DNA of 60,551 nt, taken from Patescibacteria group bacterium (GTDB lineage Bacteria > Patescibacteriota > JAHJAL01). Every line of letters starts with the position of its first letter. Within the stretch, counting starts at the first letter, position 1. Below are positions 18,226-27,462 of this stretch, one piece after another. The notes under the pieces were generated by a model that ran no database searches, was not told where the DNA came from, and saw nothing but the letters and a program-made list of their open reading frames with translations. The stretch is taken from positions 1 through 60,551 of the forward strand of contig JBAZOB010000003.1 in NCBI GenBank assembly GCA_041648895.1, in the 5' to 3' direction. The translations under genes and the position numbers were made by a program.

Positions 18226-18368
18226 TTGGATGTTGATAAATTTTCAATTTTAAATTTCTAATTTTCAATGATTGAGTCGCTTCGCGACAATATTATATAT
18301 ATCCGTCGCCTTGGCGACACCTCCATTGAAAATTAGAAATTTAAAATTGAAAATATATCAACATCCAA
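18226..18368. repeat. 143-nt palindrome: 45-nt AT-rich arms enclosing two GC-rich mini-hairpins
   Basis: The arm ttggatgttgataaattttcaattttaaatttctaattttcaatg pairs with its complement with one mismatch. The loop contains gtcgcttcgcgac and gtcgccttggcgac. It lies just downstream of the M50 gene on the minus strand. Confidence 0.8.
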
Positions 18369-18389
18369 GGTGACTAATATTGTTTGTGT

Positions 18390-19037
18390 TCATGTAAATA
18401 TACTGACTGGCAGGCCACGGAGTAAATATTGAAAAATACCAAAGACAAAGATAAATAGCCACCAGAGAATAGGATACCAGATATGGATGATAAGGAGAAT
18501 AAAAAGAAGGCGCGGGCCCCAAATCATGTAGCGGCGGAGGGAAACAGGGTTTTTTATCAAGGCCATGACTAGTTTTGATCCATCAAGAGGGTAAATTGGT
18601 AGCAGATTAAATATTAACAACAAAAGGTTGGCGTTGAGAAGAATTTCCGTAAATTGGATGATGACATTGTTATCAATATTGTAGCCGAGGATAATAGCCA
18701 TGGTGCCCGGCAAGGAACTGAAGAAGGCGAGGATAAGATTGGCGGCTGGACCGGCGAGGGAAGTGATGGCAAAATCTATAGCCGGGCGGCGATAATGGCG
18801 AGGATCGGTTATAACCGGTTTTCCCCAACCAAAACCGGCAATTAGTAAAAAAATTGAACCGACGGGGTCGAGATGTGCCAGAGGATTAAGGGATATTCTG
18901 CCTTGTAATTTGGGAGTGGGGTCGCCCAGTTTATTGGCAGTCCAGGCATGTGAAAATTCATGAAAAGTAATGGCCACGATCAGGGCCAGAATAAATAGTA
19001 TTGTTTCGATTGGGTTTTGTAAAATATTGAGCAGCAT
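18390..19037 (-). CDS. M50 family (site-2 protease-like) membrane metalloprotease
   Basis: HEFSHAW (HExxH) and NLLPIYPLDG (NxxPxxxLDG) motifs. Polytopic. Confidence 0.85.
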   Translation of the reverse strand: MLLNILQNPIETILFILALIVAITFHEFSHAWTANKLGDPTPKLQGRISLNPLAHLDPVGSIFLLIAGFGWGKPVITDPRHYRRPAIDFAITSLAGPAANLILAFFSSLPGTMAIILGYNIDNNVIIQFTEILLNANLLLLIFNLLPIYPLDGSKLVMALIKNPVSLRRYMIWGPRLLFILLIIHIWYPILWWLFIFVFGIFQYLLRGLPVSIFT

Positions 19038-19118
19038 TATTAATGTTTATATTCACATATAAAGTAAGAACATGATACAATTGTAATGCTTATTTTTATT
19101 ATACCATTAGGAATATTT

Positions 19119-19304
19119 ATGTCTAAACAATGTGTGGAATGTGGTAAGGCGGCCATGTCGGGTAACAATGTCAGTCATTCACATCGAAGAACTAAGCGTA
19201 GTTTTAAAGTAAATTTGCAACTACGAAATATCCAGGTGGCCGGACAAAACAAAAAGGCTTTATTGTGTTCGCGTTGTATTAAATCATTGCATAAAGAACA
19301 ATAA
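19119..19304 (+). CDS. rpmB: 50S ribosomal protein L28
   Basis: [34 protein letters not shown]... is the typical L28 pattern. The start was moved from 19086 to ATG 19119. Confidence 0.9.
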   Translation: MSKQCVECGKAAMSGNNVSHSHRRTKRSFKVNLQLRNIQVAGQNKKALLCSRCIKSLHKEQ

Positions 19305-19305
19305 A

Positions 19306-20259
19306 ATGAAGAGTGTAGATTGGAGTGGTATCATTGCTCATCGGAATATCACGGCTCGGCTTGATCGTTATATTAAGGATGACAACATCCCTCACGGGAT
19401 GATTTTTGTTGGTCAGGATGGAGTCGGGAAAAGAATGATAGCCATAAGATTGGCTCAGGCTTTGATGTGTCAGCGCGATGATTGGCCGTGCCAAGAGTGT
19501 TTTTCTTGTCGGTTGTGGAAAGATAATCTAGTCAATAACCGATTCTATTTATCTGGTAATGAGAAAATATCGATTGAGCAAGTGCGGCAAATAAAAAGTG
19601 AATTGTTAAAATCTGATATTATGTCCGGTTATCGGGTGGTGGTGATTGACGGTATTGAGCGGATGACCAGGGAAGCGGCTAATGCGATATTGAAATTATT
19701 GGAAGAACCGAAGCAAAAAATAGTTTTTATCGGTATTACAGTTGATATTAATAATGTATTACCGACCATTTCTTCCCGGAGTGTGATTTTGTATTTTAAT
19801 CGCCTGAGTTATTTGGAGTCGACTGAATTGCTGACTGATCTCTCCAGTCGTGATCAAATGGTTAAGGTGATGATGGGACGGCCGGGTTTGTACAAAAAAT
19901 ATCAGTTATTGAGTCGTGACCGACATATAAAAAATGTAATCGGGTTTTGGCGGTTATTTTTTGCTAGCTATGCTACTCGGGTCAATATGATTGCCAAACT
20001 GTCAAAAGTTGAGACTGATAAAATGGCTGGCTGGCTGACTTTTTGGGAAAGCTGTCTGCGTGATTATCTGTTGTGGCAAAGTGGATCAAATCAGTATCGT
20101 TGGTGGCAGGATCAGACGACGGATGATATTTACCCAAAAATAAAATTGCCGGCTTCCCGAGTGCTTGCTTTGTTGGCTAATTTGTCGTTTTTGCGTGACA
20201 ATATTGATCGGGGCTTAAACAAGAAATTGCAGCTGGTTGATTTTTTTATCAATAACTAA
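19306..20259 (+). CDS. holB: DNA polymerase III delta-prime subunit
   Basis: GQDGVGKRMIA P-loop-like motif, CQEC..C zinc module, AANAILKLLEEP, and the SRS sensor motif. Confidence 0.8.
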   Translation: MKSVDWSGIIAHRNITARLDRYIKDDNIPHGMIFVGQDGVGKRMIAIRLAQALMCQRDDWPCQECFSCRLWKDNLVNNRFYLSGNEKISIEQVRQIKSELLKSDIMSGYRVVVIDGIERMTREAANAILKLLEEPKQKIVFIGITVDINNVLPTISSRSVILYFNRLSYLESTELLTDLSSRDQMVKVMMGRPGLYKKYQLLSRDRHIKNVIGFWRLFFASYATRVNMIAKLSKVETDKMAGWLTFWESCLRDYLLWQSGSNQYRWWQDQTTDDIYPKIKLPASRVLALLANLSFLRDNIDRGLNKKLQLVDFFINN

Positions 20260-20302
20260 ATATTATATATTATAATGAATAATTAATAATTTTTTATATT
20301 TT

Positions 20303-21166
20303 GTGGAAAAAAATTTAGATAAAAAAAAGATTGTCGGAGTGCGGTTTATCTCTGGAGTCAAGATTTATCATTTTGATGCGTCCGGGTTCGATTTGAAACG
20401 TGGTGATTATGTAGTGGTGGAAAATCAGCAGGGGGAGGAGTTGGCGCGGGTGATTTATGAAAATGTGCATCCGGAAAAAGTGACGATCGATAAGGATAAT
20501 AAAGATGAGGAAAACAAGGTTGGTTTAGCCAAGGTTATTCGTTTGGCGTCGGCTGATGATAAAAAACTAACGATAAGTTTTCATCAGGGGAAACATGAGT
20601 ATATATCAGCGGCAACGGGTTTGGCCAATAAATTGCATGTAAAGGTGCGTTTTATTGATGTGACTCGTTCGTTGGACAAAACCACCCGTTTGTTGTTTAT
20701 GTTCGTGGCTGATGGCCGGGTAGATTTTCGAGAATTGCTGACTTTAATGTCGAAAAAGTTTAATTCTTCAATCCGTCTTTATCAGGTGGGTCCGCGAGAT
20801 GCAGCGAGAATAGTGGGTGGAGTGGGGGTTTGTGGACAGCAGTTGTGTTGTCGTCGTTTTTTGAATAAATTTGCTAGTATTACCATGGAAATGGCTCGGG
20901 AACAGGATTTGGTTAATGTTGGCAGCAATAAAATTTCTGGGGTATGTGGCAAATTGTTATGTTGTTTGGATTACGAATTGGAAATTTACAAAAAATTAAA
21001 AAAAGGTTTTCCCCGAGTGGGTGAAAACGCCAAAGTCAAAGGGGAAGTGGGGCGAATTATTGAGCGCAATGTTCTACTGCGGACGGTTTCATTGGTAATG
21101 GAAAATGGCTTGCGCCAGAATTTTTCGGTAGATGAGGTAGAAATTATCAAAGATAAATCCGAATAG
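20303..21166 (+). CDS. PSP1 domain protein (RicT/YaaT-like)
   Basis: GTG start. PSP1 C-terminal pattern with the Cys cluster GVCGQQLCCRRF...GVCGKLLCCL. It follows holB, as in many bacteria. Confidence 0.8.
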   Translation: MEKNLDKKKIVGVRFISGVKIYHFDASGFDLKRGDYVVVENQQGEELARVIYENVHPEKVTIDKDNKDEENKVGLAKVIRLASADDKKLTISFHQGKHEYISAATGLANKLHVKVRFIDVTRSLDKTTRLLFMFVADGRVDFRELLTLMSKKFNSSIRLYQVGPRDAARIVGGVGVCGQQLCCRRFLNKFASITMEMAREQDLVNVGSNKISGVCGKLLCCLDYELEIYKKLKKGFPRVGENAKVKGEVGRIIERNVLLRTVSLVMENGLRQNFSVDEVEIIKDKSE

Positions 21167-21176
21167 TTGACTATTT

Positions 21177-21240
21177 AATAATGAATAATGAATAATTGAT
21201 AATGAATAATTGATAATTTTATTATTCATTATTCATTATT
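21177..21240. repeat. AT-rich hairpin (20-bp perfect stem) downstream of the PSP1 gene; terminator-like
   Basis: aataatgaataatgaataat pairs with attattcattattcattatt. Confidence 0.6.
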
Positions 21241-21263
21241 AATTATTAATTATTAATTTTAAT

Positions 21264-21920
21264 ATGGTTGAATTATTAATAATATTGGTAATTACGGTAG
21301 TTTTGGTTTATGTAATTTGGCGTTTTACGCGGCCAAAGTCGGCTTCATATGGTATTGAAGTGGTGGCGGGAAAATCAAAAAAGAAAAATTATGATGAAAT
21401 ATCTGATCAGGGTGAATCTTTGGAAGAAGATAGTATTAATAAAGAACAACCAGTGGACAGCCGGATGATGGAGGAGAGTGAGGGCGATGGTCAGGCAGTG
21501 ATTGGTAAATTAAAATCTTCAACCGAGAAGGAGTGTATTGAATTAATTTATCAGAATCCAAAAGATATCAATGCTTATTTACGTCTTTGTGTTTATTATT
21601 TACAGCGACAGAAATGGAATGATGCTAAGGAGGTGTTGATGGAAGCTTTGAAGGTTGATCCGGATAATGATAAACTTTACAATAACCTGGGTATTGTTTG
21701 GTATCGGCTAAAAAGATATAATAATGCAGTTACGGCTTTTGAGAAAGCTATCAAATACAATGATAAAATTGCTCATCGATTTATGAATTTAGGGCTCTCT
21801 TTGGCGGCGTTGGGTGAAAATGAAAAAGCGTCGGAATGTTTTTCAAAAGCCATATCTTTAGATCCGGAAGCTAAGGTTTATCAGGATTTATTGTCGGAAG
21901 CGAAGAGTCTATTGGTTTAA
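21264..21920 (+). CDS. TM-anchored TPR repeat protein
   Basis: N-terminal TM helix. The C-terminal half has TPR-like repeats (W..A...L..AL..DP.N...Y.NLG). Confidence 0.65.
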   Translation: MVELLIILVITVVLVYVIWRFTRPKSASYGIEVVAGKSKKKNYDEISDQGESLEEDSINKEQPVDSRMMEESEGDGQAVIGKLKSSTEKECIELIYQNPKDINAYLRLCVYYLQRQKWNDAKEVLMEALKVDPDNDKLYNNLGIVWYRLKRYNNAVTAFEKAIKYNDKIAHRFMNLGLSLAALGENEKASECFSKAISLDPEAKVYQDLLSEAKSLLV

Positions 21921-21925
21921 TTGTT

Positions 21926-21998
21926 GCCACCCTAGCTCAATTGGTAGAGCTACTGTCTTGTAAACAGTGGGTTGTCGGTTCGAGTCCGACGGGTGGCT
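21926..21998 (+). tRNA. tRNA-Thr (anticodon UGU)
   Basis: Hand-folded: GCCACCC acceptor, anticodon arm ACTGT-CTTGTAA-ACAGT, T-arm GTCGG-TTCGAGT-CCGAC. Length 73 nt. Confidence 0.88.
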
Positions 21999-22008
21999 CT
22001 TGAGGGAA

Positions 22009-22072
22009 AAGGAACAAGGATCAAGATTCAAGTACTAAATACTTGAGAGTTGATCCTTGATACTTGATCCTT
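22009..22072. repeat. GATCAAG-word imperfect palindrome
   Basis: aaggaacaaggatcaagattcaagtact...acttgagagttgatccttgatacttgatcctt, lying between two tRNAs. Confidence 0.6.
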
Positions 22073-22080
22073 ATAAACAT

Positions 22081-22163
22081 GGGTAGGTAGCGAAGCGGTC
22101 AAACGCGACAGACTGTAAATCTGTTGGCTTATGCCTTCGGGGGTTCGAATCCCTCCCTGCCCA
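22081..22163 (+). tRNA. tRNA-Tyr (anticodon GUA), class II with long variable arm
   Basis: Hand-folded: anticodon arm ACAGA-CTGTAAA-TCTGT, variable arm TGGCTTATGCCTTC, T-arm GGGGG-TTCGAAT-CCCTC. Length 83 nt. The overlapping ORF 22028..22276 is spurious. Confidence 0.85.
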
Positions 22164-22253
22164 CTTACTTTAAAAAGGGATGAGAGGTTTACACCCTTCT
22201 TTATATGAGTCAATGTAGAGGGGGTGAATCCCTCCCTTTGTGGGGCCCCGGGG

Positions 22254-22304
22254 AAGTACCAAGGATCAAGTTTCAAGTTTCAAGTGGCTTGATCCTTGGT
22301 ACTT
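22254..22304. repeat. GATCAAG-word hairpin (17-bp stem) followed by a T-run
   Basis: aagtaccaaggatcaag pairs with cttgatccttggtactt, followed by gttttt. Confidence 0.7.
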
Positions 22305-22310
22305 GTTTTT

Positions 22311-22383
22311 GCCACCGTAGCTCAGTTGGTAGAGCGCATCCATGGTAAGGATGAGGTCACCAGTTCGATTCTGGTCGGTGGCT
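22311..22383 (+). tRNA. tRNA-Thr (anticodon GGU)
   Basis: Hand-folded: anticodon arm CATCC-ATGGTAA-GGATG, T-arm ACCAG-TTCGATT-CTGGT. Length 73 nt. A hairpin terminator aaaactgcttttgtaaaagcagtttt follows. Confidence 0.88.
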
Positions 22384-22484
22384 TTTTAAAAAACTGCTTT
22401 TGTAAAAGCAGTTTTTGTGTAGTATCTATAAAAGATGAAGATACTAATCTATATTTGGAGATTTCTAGATAGAAGAAGTGGGAA

Positions 22485-23378
22485 TTAGCTTTTTGTACTG
22501 GATTGATGTTTGCTAAATATAGTTTCTATTTCTCCAAGTAGTTTTAGGCCAGATTGTCTTTTTTGGGGATCACTTTCGGGAGCAGAGGTAAGAGAGAGTT
22601 TTTTTTCTGGCAATTGTTCTTTAACTAAAGTGTATTTTTCATTGGTGTGCCATGGCAAATATATTCCTCGGTAGTATTCTTGGGAAAATATTTCTTGGTC
22701 TTTTTTCTTGAAAAAGTCGTGAAAAGAAATAGAGATGTCGGGGTTGTCCAAGAATTGGTATTTAAAGGTATTGATAGCAATGTTACGTGAGCGTCCAGAT
22801 TCTACCCAATCATCTACAATCATGATTTTGTAATCAGTTTGATTTTTAGTTTTTTTGTCATCGTTGATGCTTTGTTTTAGTTTGCTAAAATATCCTTGAT
22901 CAATTAATTGTTTGTCGTATTTTTCCCAATAGTCTTTAAATTTTACTTTATCAGATTGTTCTATTTGAGATATCATTTTTTGGATTATATTACGGGTTCC
23001 TTCATTATTAATTTTATTCTTTTTTTTTATTAGATCTTCTTTTTCGTAACGTCGTTCAAATGTTTCATAACTTGTGACTTCTCGGTAATCATCCTTCATC
23101 ATATCTAATTTTTCTTGTCCGATATTAGTATATCTTATTTGGGGTAACTTCTTAGCTTTTGTTTTTTCAGTTTTTCCCCATGCCGCTTTGAGCATCCAGG
23201 ATATAGGTCGGGCGGATTTGTCCATGAAAATGAGCATATCAATTTTTTGGTCGGCAATTTTATCAACCAATTCGAATGTCCTTTGTCTAATGGCATCTAT
23301 TTTTTCGGGGGTGTCAAATAATTTTTCAGATCCGGATATATTTTCTTCTTCAAAATTTTTTGATTCAATATTTGACAT
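22485..23378 (-). CDS. Hypothetical protein, possibly phosphoribosyltransferase-like
   Basis: KIMIVDDWVESGRS resembles the PRPP-binding loop, and DMLIFMDKSARPISW resembles the first PRT strand/loop. A large K/E-rich insertion lies between them. Weak call. Confidence 0.3.
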   Translation of the reverse strand: MSNIESKNFEEENISGSEKLFDTPEKIDAIRQRTFELVDKIADQKIDMLIFMDKSARPISWMLKAAWGKTEKTKAKKLPQIRYTNIGQEKLDMMKDDYREVTSYETFERRYEKEDLIKKKNKINNEGTRNIIQKMISQIEQSDKVKFKDYWEKYDKQLIDQGYFSKLKQSINDDKKTKNQTDYKIMIVDDWVESGRSRNIAINTFKYQFLDNPDISISFHDFFKKKDQEIFSQEYYRGIYLPWHTNEKYTLVKEQLPEKKLSLTSAPESDPQKRQSGLKLLGEIETIFSKHQSSTKS

Positions 23379-23680
23379 TTTAACTTGTTAGTTAGTTAAT
23401 TGAATTATCATAGTATTGTATCATTATTAAACATAATATTCAATATATTCATTAAACATAATATTCAATATATTCAATGCTTGTTTTTCTATGTCATAGT
23501 CAATCAGATAGAGAAGTATTTCCTCCGATTAAAAAAGTTGCGAGAATAAGTTAAATCTAATAGAATGATAGAGTAATGTTTATTGATATTATTCTATGTT
23601 TTAATTTAATTTTTGAAAGAGTTAAGTTATTTGTACAGGAAGGAATTTGGAATTTATAATTATAAATCAGGGAGTTAGAT

Positions 23681-23854
23681 ATGGCTAAAGAAAGTCGAGA
23701 AGTAATAAATATGGAATGTAGTGGTTGCGGGCGCATAAATTATCAAACGGAAAAACGGGTTAAGCCGCGTAGTGGTGAGCAGATCACCAAGTTGGAGATA
23801 ACCAAATTTTGTAAGCATTGTCGGAAGAGATTGAAACATAAACAAACTAAGTAA
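23681..23854 (+). CDS. rpmG: 50S ribosomal protein L33 (57 aa; below the ORF-track cutoff)
   Basis: MAKESREVINMECSGCGRINYQTEKRVKPRSGEQITKLEITKFCKHCRKRLKHKQTK, with the CxxC...CxxC zinc-ribbon L33 pattern. GGAG lies upstream. Confidence 0.88.
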   Translation: MAKESREVINMECSGCGRINYQTEKRVKPRSGEQITKLEITKFCKHCRKRLKHKQTK

Positions 23855-23894
23855 GGATCAAGTATCAAGTAAATATTCTTGAAACTTGTATGTT

Positions 23895-23966
23895 GGGGGT
23901 ATAGTTCAACGGCTAGAATTTCGGTCTCCAAAACCGACGATCTCAGTTCGAATCTGAGTGCCCCCG
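23895..23966 (+). tRNA. tRNA-Trp (anticodon CCA)
   Basis: Hand-folded: anticodon arm TCGGT-CTCCAAA-ACCGA, T-arm CTCAG-TTCGAAT-CTGAG. Length 72 nt. A hairpin terminator follows. ORF 23743..23931 is spurious. Confidence 0.85.
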
Positions 23967-24100
23967 CTTGATAAACAGCTATATTTTTATGGCTGTTTTT
24001 TAGTTAATGATCAAGTATCAAGTGTTATATACTTGATCCTTGGAACTTGATCCTTGATCCTTTTTATTATGTTATATTATTAGTAGAATAATGTTACTTT

Positions 24101-25114
24101 ATGAAAAAAATATATTTATCGATTTTATCATATTTTTTGCTTATCCAGGTGGTTTACGCCGCGACTTTCAACGTAGTGGGCAGTGTTCGATATGGGGATT
24201 ATGAAGATTTGATTTCGGCCAACAGTATTGAAGTCAAGGTGCATAAACTGGGTAATGATCGGATTTGGCTGGGGGCTTTGAGTAAAGATGGCGATCGAGT
24301 CAATTTTAATTTTCCCGTTGATGATTTGGCTCGTAACGATCAATTAATCATTACCGGTGAAGTGCTGGATTCGGGTGATGATGTGGATAACGATAGTTAT
24401 TTTGGTGGCGTCACCACGGTGATAACTGACAATGAATTAAATAGCGGTTTGGTGGGTGATTTAATTTTAGAACTCAATCCGATTCCCCGGCCGGAATTTG
24501 ATAGTATGACGGAGGAGTCGATAAAAATGTGTTGGCGAGGTATGAACGATTTTTCAGTGGTGGGATATGATGTTTATCGCACCAGTGATCTTTTCGGTGA
24601 TTGGGAGAGTGTGGGTAAATCAGGTCAGAGTAGTGATAAGCAAGTTTGTTTTACGGATGTAAATTTGCCGGAAGCCGACAAATATTATTATCGAATCGCG
24701 GTTATGACTTCCTGGAGCGCGGGCGAGGGTCGAGAATTTTTTATCTCCCGGGCCATGTCGGCGGTCAGTGATGGGATAAGTTTGGGACAGGGAGTGGTGG
24801 ATAAAAGGAATAAGCCGACTACTCCGATAGAAACAGGTGGGGAGTCAGATTTGACGTTACTACCCGAAGTTGATAGCGCGGCCAAGCAAAATTTAAAAGG
24901 TTTTTGGAATTGGGCGGGGGAGGCGTGGGAGGTGACTGCGGCCAAAGTGGAAGCCAGTCATATTTCCTGGCAAACAGTAATTATTTTGGTCGTGTTGGCG
25001 ATATTGTTGTTGGTATTAATAATATTTTTTATTTCTATTTCATTGTCCAATACGACTTCGCGGGGAAGTCTGGTGTGGATGGAGGGGGATTTGGATTTGG
25101 ATAAAGATAAATAA
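24101..25114 (+). CDS. Exported, C-terminally membrane-anchored protein with an FN3-like domain
   Basis: Signal peptide (LLIQVVYA-AT). FN3-like stretch (SIKMCWRG...VVGYDVYRT...YYYRIAV). C-terminal TM helix IILVVLAILLLVLIIFFISI. Confidence 0.55.
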   Translation: MKKIYLSILSYFLLIQVVYAATFNVVGSVRYGDYEDLISANSIEVKVHKLGNDRIWLGALSKDGDRVNFNFPVDDLARNDQLIITGEVLDSGDDVDNDSYFGGVTTVITDNELNSGLVGDLILELNPIPRPEFDSMTEESIKMCWRGMNDFSVVGYDVYRTSDLFGDWESVGKSGQSSDKQVCFTDVNLPEADKYYYRIAVMTSWSAGEGREFFISRAMSAVSDGISLGQGVVDKRNKPTTPIETGGESDLTLLPEVDSAAKQNLKGFWNWAGEAWEVTAAKVEASHISWQTVIILVVLAILLLVLIIFFISISLSNTTSRGSLVWMEGDLDLDKDK

Positions 25115-25191
25115 TAAATTTCTAATTCCTAATTGATAATTATTTTTGTATACTAAACTCTAGTAAAATAAAAAAAGCGTATTTATAAAGT

Positions 25192-27264
25192 ATGAAAAAA
25201 GAGGGTTGGAAATATATTGTCGCTTTGGCGTCGTTGGTCGTGATGTTTGTGGGTGGGTTATTTTTGGTCCGGCCGTTTCCGTGGCTCTTGGCGCAAGAAG
25301 TCAAGTTAGAGGGTCAAGTGACGGTAAATGATCAGAACTATGATTTTACCGGTGAGCGGGCGTTGGTTATTGATAATATTCGTCATATTCGAGGTTTTGC
25401 CCAGAGTGAAAGTGGGGGCAAAATCTTTTTTGATACTTCAGGCGCGGAGGTCAAGGTGGATCAGCTGGGCTATTGGTATGGCAACTTGATGACTGAGGAA
25501 TATGGTTTGATTGAACTGGGTTTGGAATTGAATCGAAAAGTGCAGATTGGCGAAACTGGTCAATTGAATGGAAGTTTTGTGATTGATGATAATAAATTCA
25601 GCTGGCAGGGGCAGACATCCTGGCAGCCATATGAGCTGGCCGAAATTCAGGTGGCCGAGACGATGAAAGTGGATGTGGGTTCTAAATCAATGATTGATCC
25701 CAAAATATTGGGTTTGGGCGGACGGGATTTGTATGACGCGCAAGTGGTTTTTGAAAGTAAAAATGATCAGGTAACGGTGGATGAATATGGTTATGTGGAA
25801 GTAAAAAAAGAAGGAACCTATAAAAACGTGGTGGTGGTGACAGTCGGTGGGGAGCAAAAAGCGATTACGTTGCAAGCGACAGAAAGGGTGACGGATGTGA
25901 CGGTGACGCCCAAGGTGGTGGTGAGGGATACCAATCCTAGTTTGACAATTGAGGTTGAGCCGGCTAGTTTGGTGGGTGAGGTAAAAGCGGTAGCTTTGGT
26001 AAAAGGGGTGGATGAACTAATAGCTTGTCTTCCAAAACCAATTAATATTAGTGTCATAAATACAGCCACCGGAACGATTGAGGTTAACTGTAATTTGGCT
26101 GGTGAAGGGACTGGTAGTTGGAATCTGGTCTTGCAGATGGAAAGTGGTGAGGAATATGTTTTTACGGATAAATTGAATATTCTTGATTCCGAAAATCCTT
26201 TAAATTTAACCATGATTACCAAAGTGGAGAAACCAAATAGTGAGGGAACGGGATATGTGGATAGTGAGGGGATGACGGTGTTGACGGGTTACCGGGTTAG
26301 TTACAAAGTGTTGGTTGATTTGCCGAGTTTTCTGGAAGAATCGGAAATTAATGGTGGTGAATATACGGTGATATTTAATGGGCGGGGGCCGTCAACTCGA
26401 TGCGCGACGGATAAAAAAACAGATCCGATCCTGTTAAAAGGTAATTTTGTACCCAATGCTGATAACGAGGTTGATCTGGGTAGCGTGGTCTACACTGGTA
26501 CGATGCCGCAAGGTTGTGATCTGGTGGCTAAATTAAGTTTAAGTGATGTTAAATTTGATAACGGTTTGGCTGGCATTGGCGGGACGGCGGAAGCGAGTAA
26601 TGCGATCAAATCGGCCAAGCAGGTTTTGCTGCGGGGTGACGTGTTGGTACAGGAGGGTGATCTGAAGGTAGAGGCTCTGCATGAGAGTTCTAATATGTTT
26701 ACATTGGTGGCGGGGGATAATGTGGATGTTAGCGTCGGGGCGACGGGAGAAGGGAATGTGAGTGATTATGATGTGAGTGGCGACGCGCAATTTGATCAGG
26801 TGCTGAGTCAGATTGAAGAAAATATTCGTAAGTTGGTAATCGAACGGGCAGTGCCATCCAGCGGGGCGTTGGATGATATTGAAAACGAATTAAAAATATT
26901 TACGGCCGAACAGAAGTCTAAGAATCCGGAAGGACGAATTATTTATAACAATGATCCGGTGGGACCGTTGTTGCTTGGTGAGGGTGGTGATACTTGGGTT
27001 TGTGGCCCGGTCACATTAGTTATTGAGGGTCGGGACGTTGTTGTTCAGAACAATATCGTCAAAGCTCCTATGCAATATCCCTGTAGTGAGGAAGGGAATT
27101 TTGGCTTGATTGTGATTGGTGGTGATATCAAATTTAGCGGAGATGTGACGCAAGTGGAGGGTTATTATTTTACTACTGGCACTTTGTACACCGGTGAAAG
27201 TCACAATAAATTTACACTGCGCGGGGTGTCGATTGCTCATGATTATGTGCTGCAGAGATACTAA
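25192..27264 (+). CDS. Large N-terminally anchored extracellular protein, function unknown
   Basis: N-terminal TM helix followed by 690 aa of beta-rich sequence. No motif was recognised. Confidence 0.5.
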   Translation: MKKEGWKYIVALASLVVMFVGGLFLVRPFPWLLAQEVKLEGQVTVNDQNYDFTGERALVIDNIRHIRGFAQSESGGKIFFDTSGAEVKVDQLGYWYGNLMTEEYGLIELGLELNRKVQIGETGQLNGSFVIDDNKFSWQGQTSWQPYELAEIQVAETMKVDVGSKSMIDPKILGLGGRDLYDAQVVFESKNDQVTVDEYGYVEVKKEGTYKNVVVVTVGGEQKAITLQATERVTDVTVTPKVVVRDTNPSLTIEVEPASLVGEVKAVALVKGVDELIACLPKPINISVINTATGTIEVNCNLAGEGTGSWNLVLQMESGEEYVFTDKLNILDSENPLNLTMITKVEKPNSEGTGYVDSEGMTVLTGYRVSYKVLVDLPSFLEESEINGGEYTVIFNGRGPSTRCATDKKTDPILLKGNFVPNADNEVDLGSVVYTGTMPQGCDLVAKLSLSDVKFDNGLAGIGGTAEASNAIKSAKQVLLRGDVLVQEGDLKVEALHESSNMFTLVAGDNVDVSVGATGEGNVSDYDVSGDAQFDQVLSQIEENIRKLVIERAVPSSGALDDIENELKIFTAEQKSKNPEGRIIYNNDPVGPLLLGEGGDTWVCGPVTLVIEGRDVVVQNNIVKAPMQYPCSEEGNFGLIVIGGDIKFSGDVTQVEGYYFTTGTLYTGESHNKFTLRGVSIAHDYVLQRY

Positions 27265-27283
27265 CATTGTGTGTCATCATTCG

Positions 27284-27421
27284 TGTCATCCTCAACCCTA
27301 AGCGAGGAACGAGCGCTAGGGATTGGGGATCCAGTTATTAATTAACGGAAAGGAATATTAATAATTAGATAGGTGAGTGGGTCCTGGATAAGAAGCGCTG
27401 CGCTTTCTTTCCAGGATGACA
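27284..27421. mobile_element. MITE-like element, TGTCATCCT...AGGATGACA subfamily
   Basis: The left half is tgtcatcctcaaccctaagcgaggaacgagcgctagggattggggatccag and the right half is ggtcctggataagaagcgctgcgctttctttccaggatgaca. The terminal inverted repeats are shared with copies at 44750 and 45411. Confidence 0.65.
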
Positions 27422-27462
27422 AAATTATTTGATATTTGATATTTGTTTTTAAAATATTTTTT

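Noticed and set aside
22028-22276. 82-aa ORF on the minus strand
   Set aside because: It overlaps tRNA-Tyr and two palindromic spacers.
23426-23475. The 2 x 25-bp tandem duplication attaaacataatattcaatatattc as a regulatory iteron
   Set aside because: There are only two copies and no associated replication or regulator gene. It is most simply a slippage duplication in an AT-rich spacer, and it is mentioned under the synteny finding.
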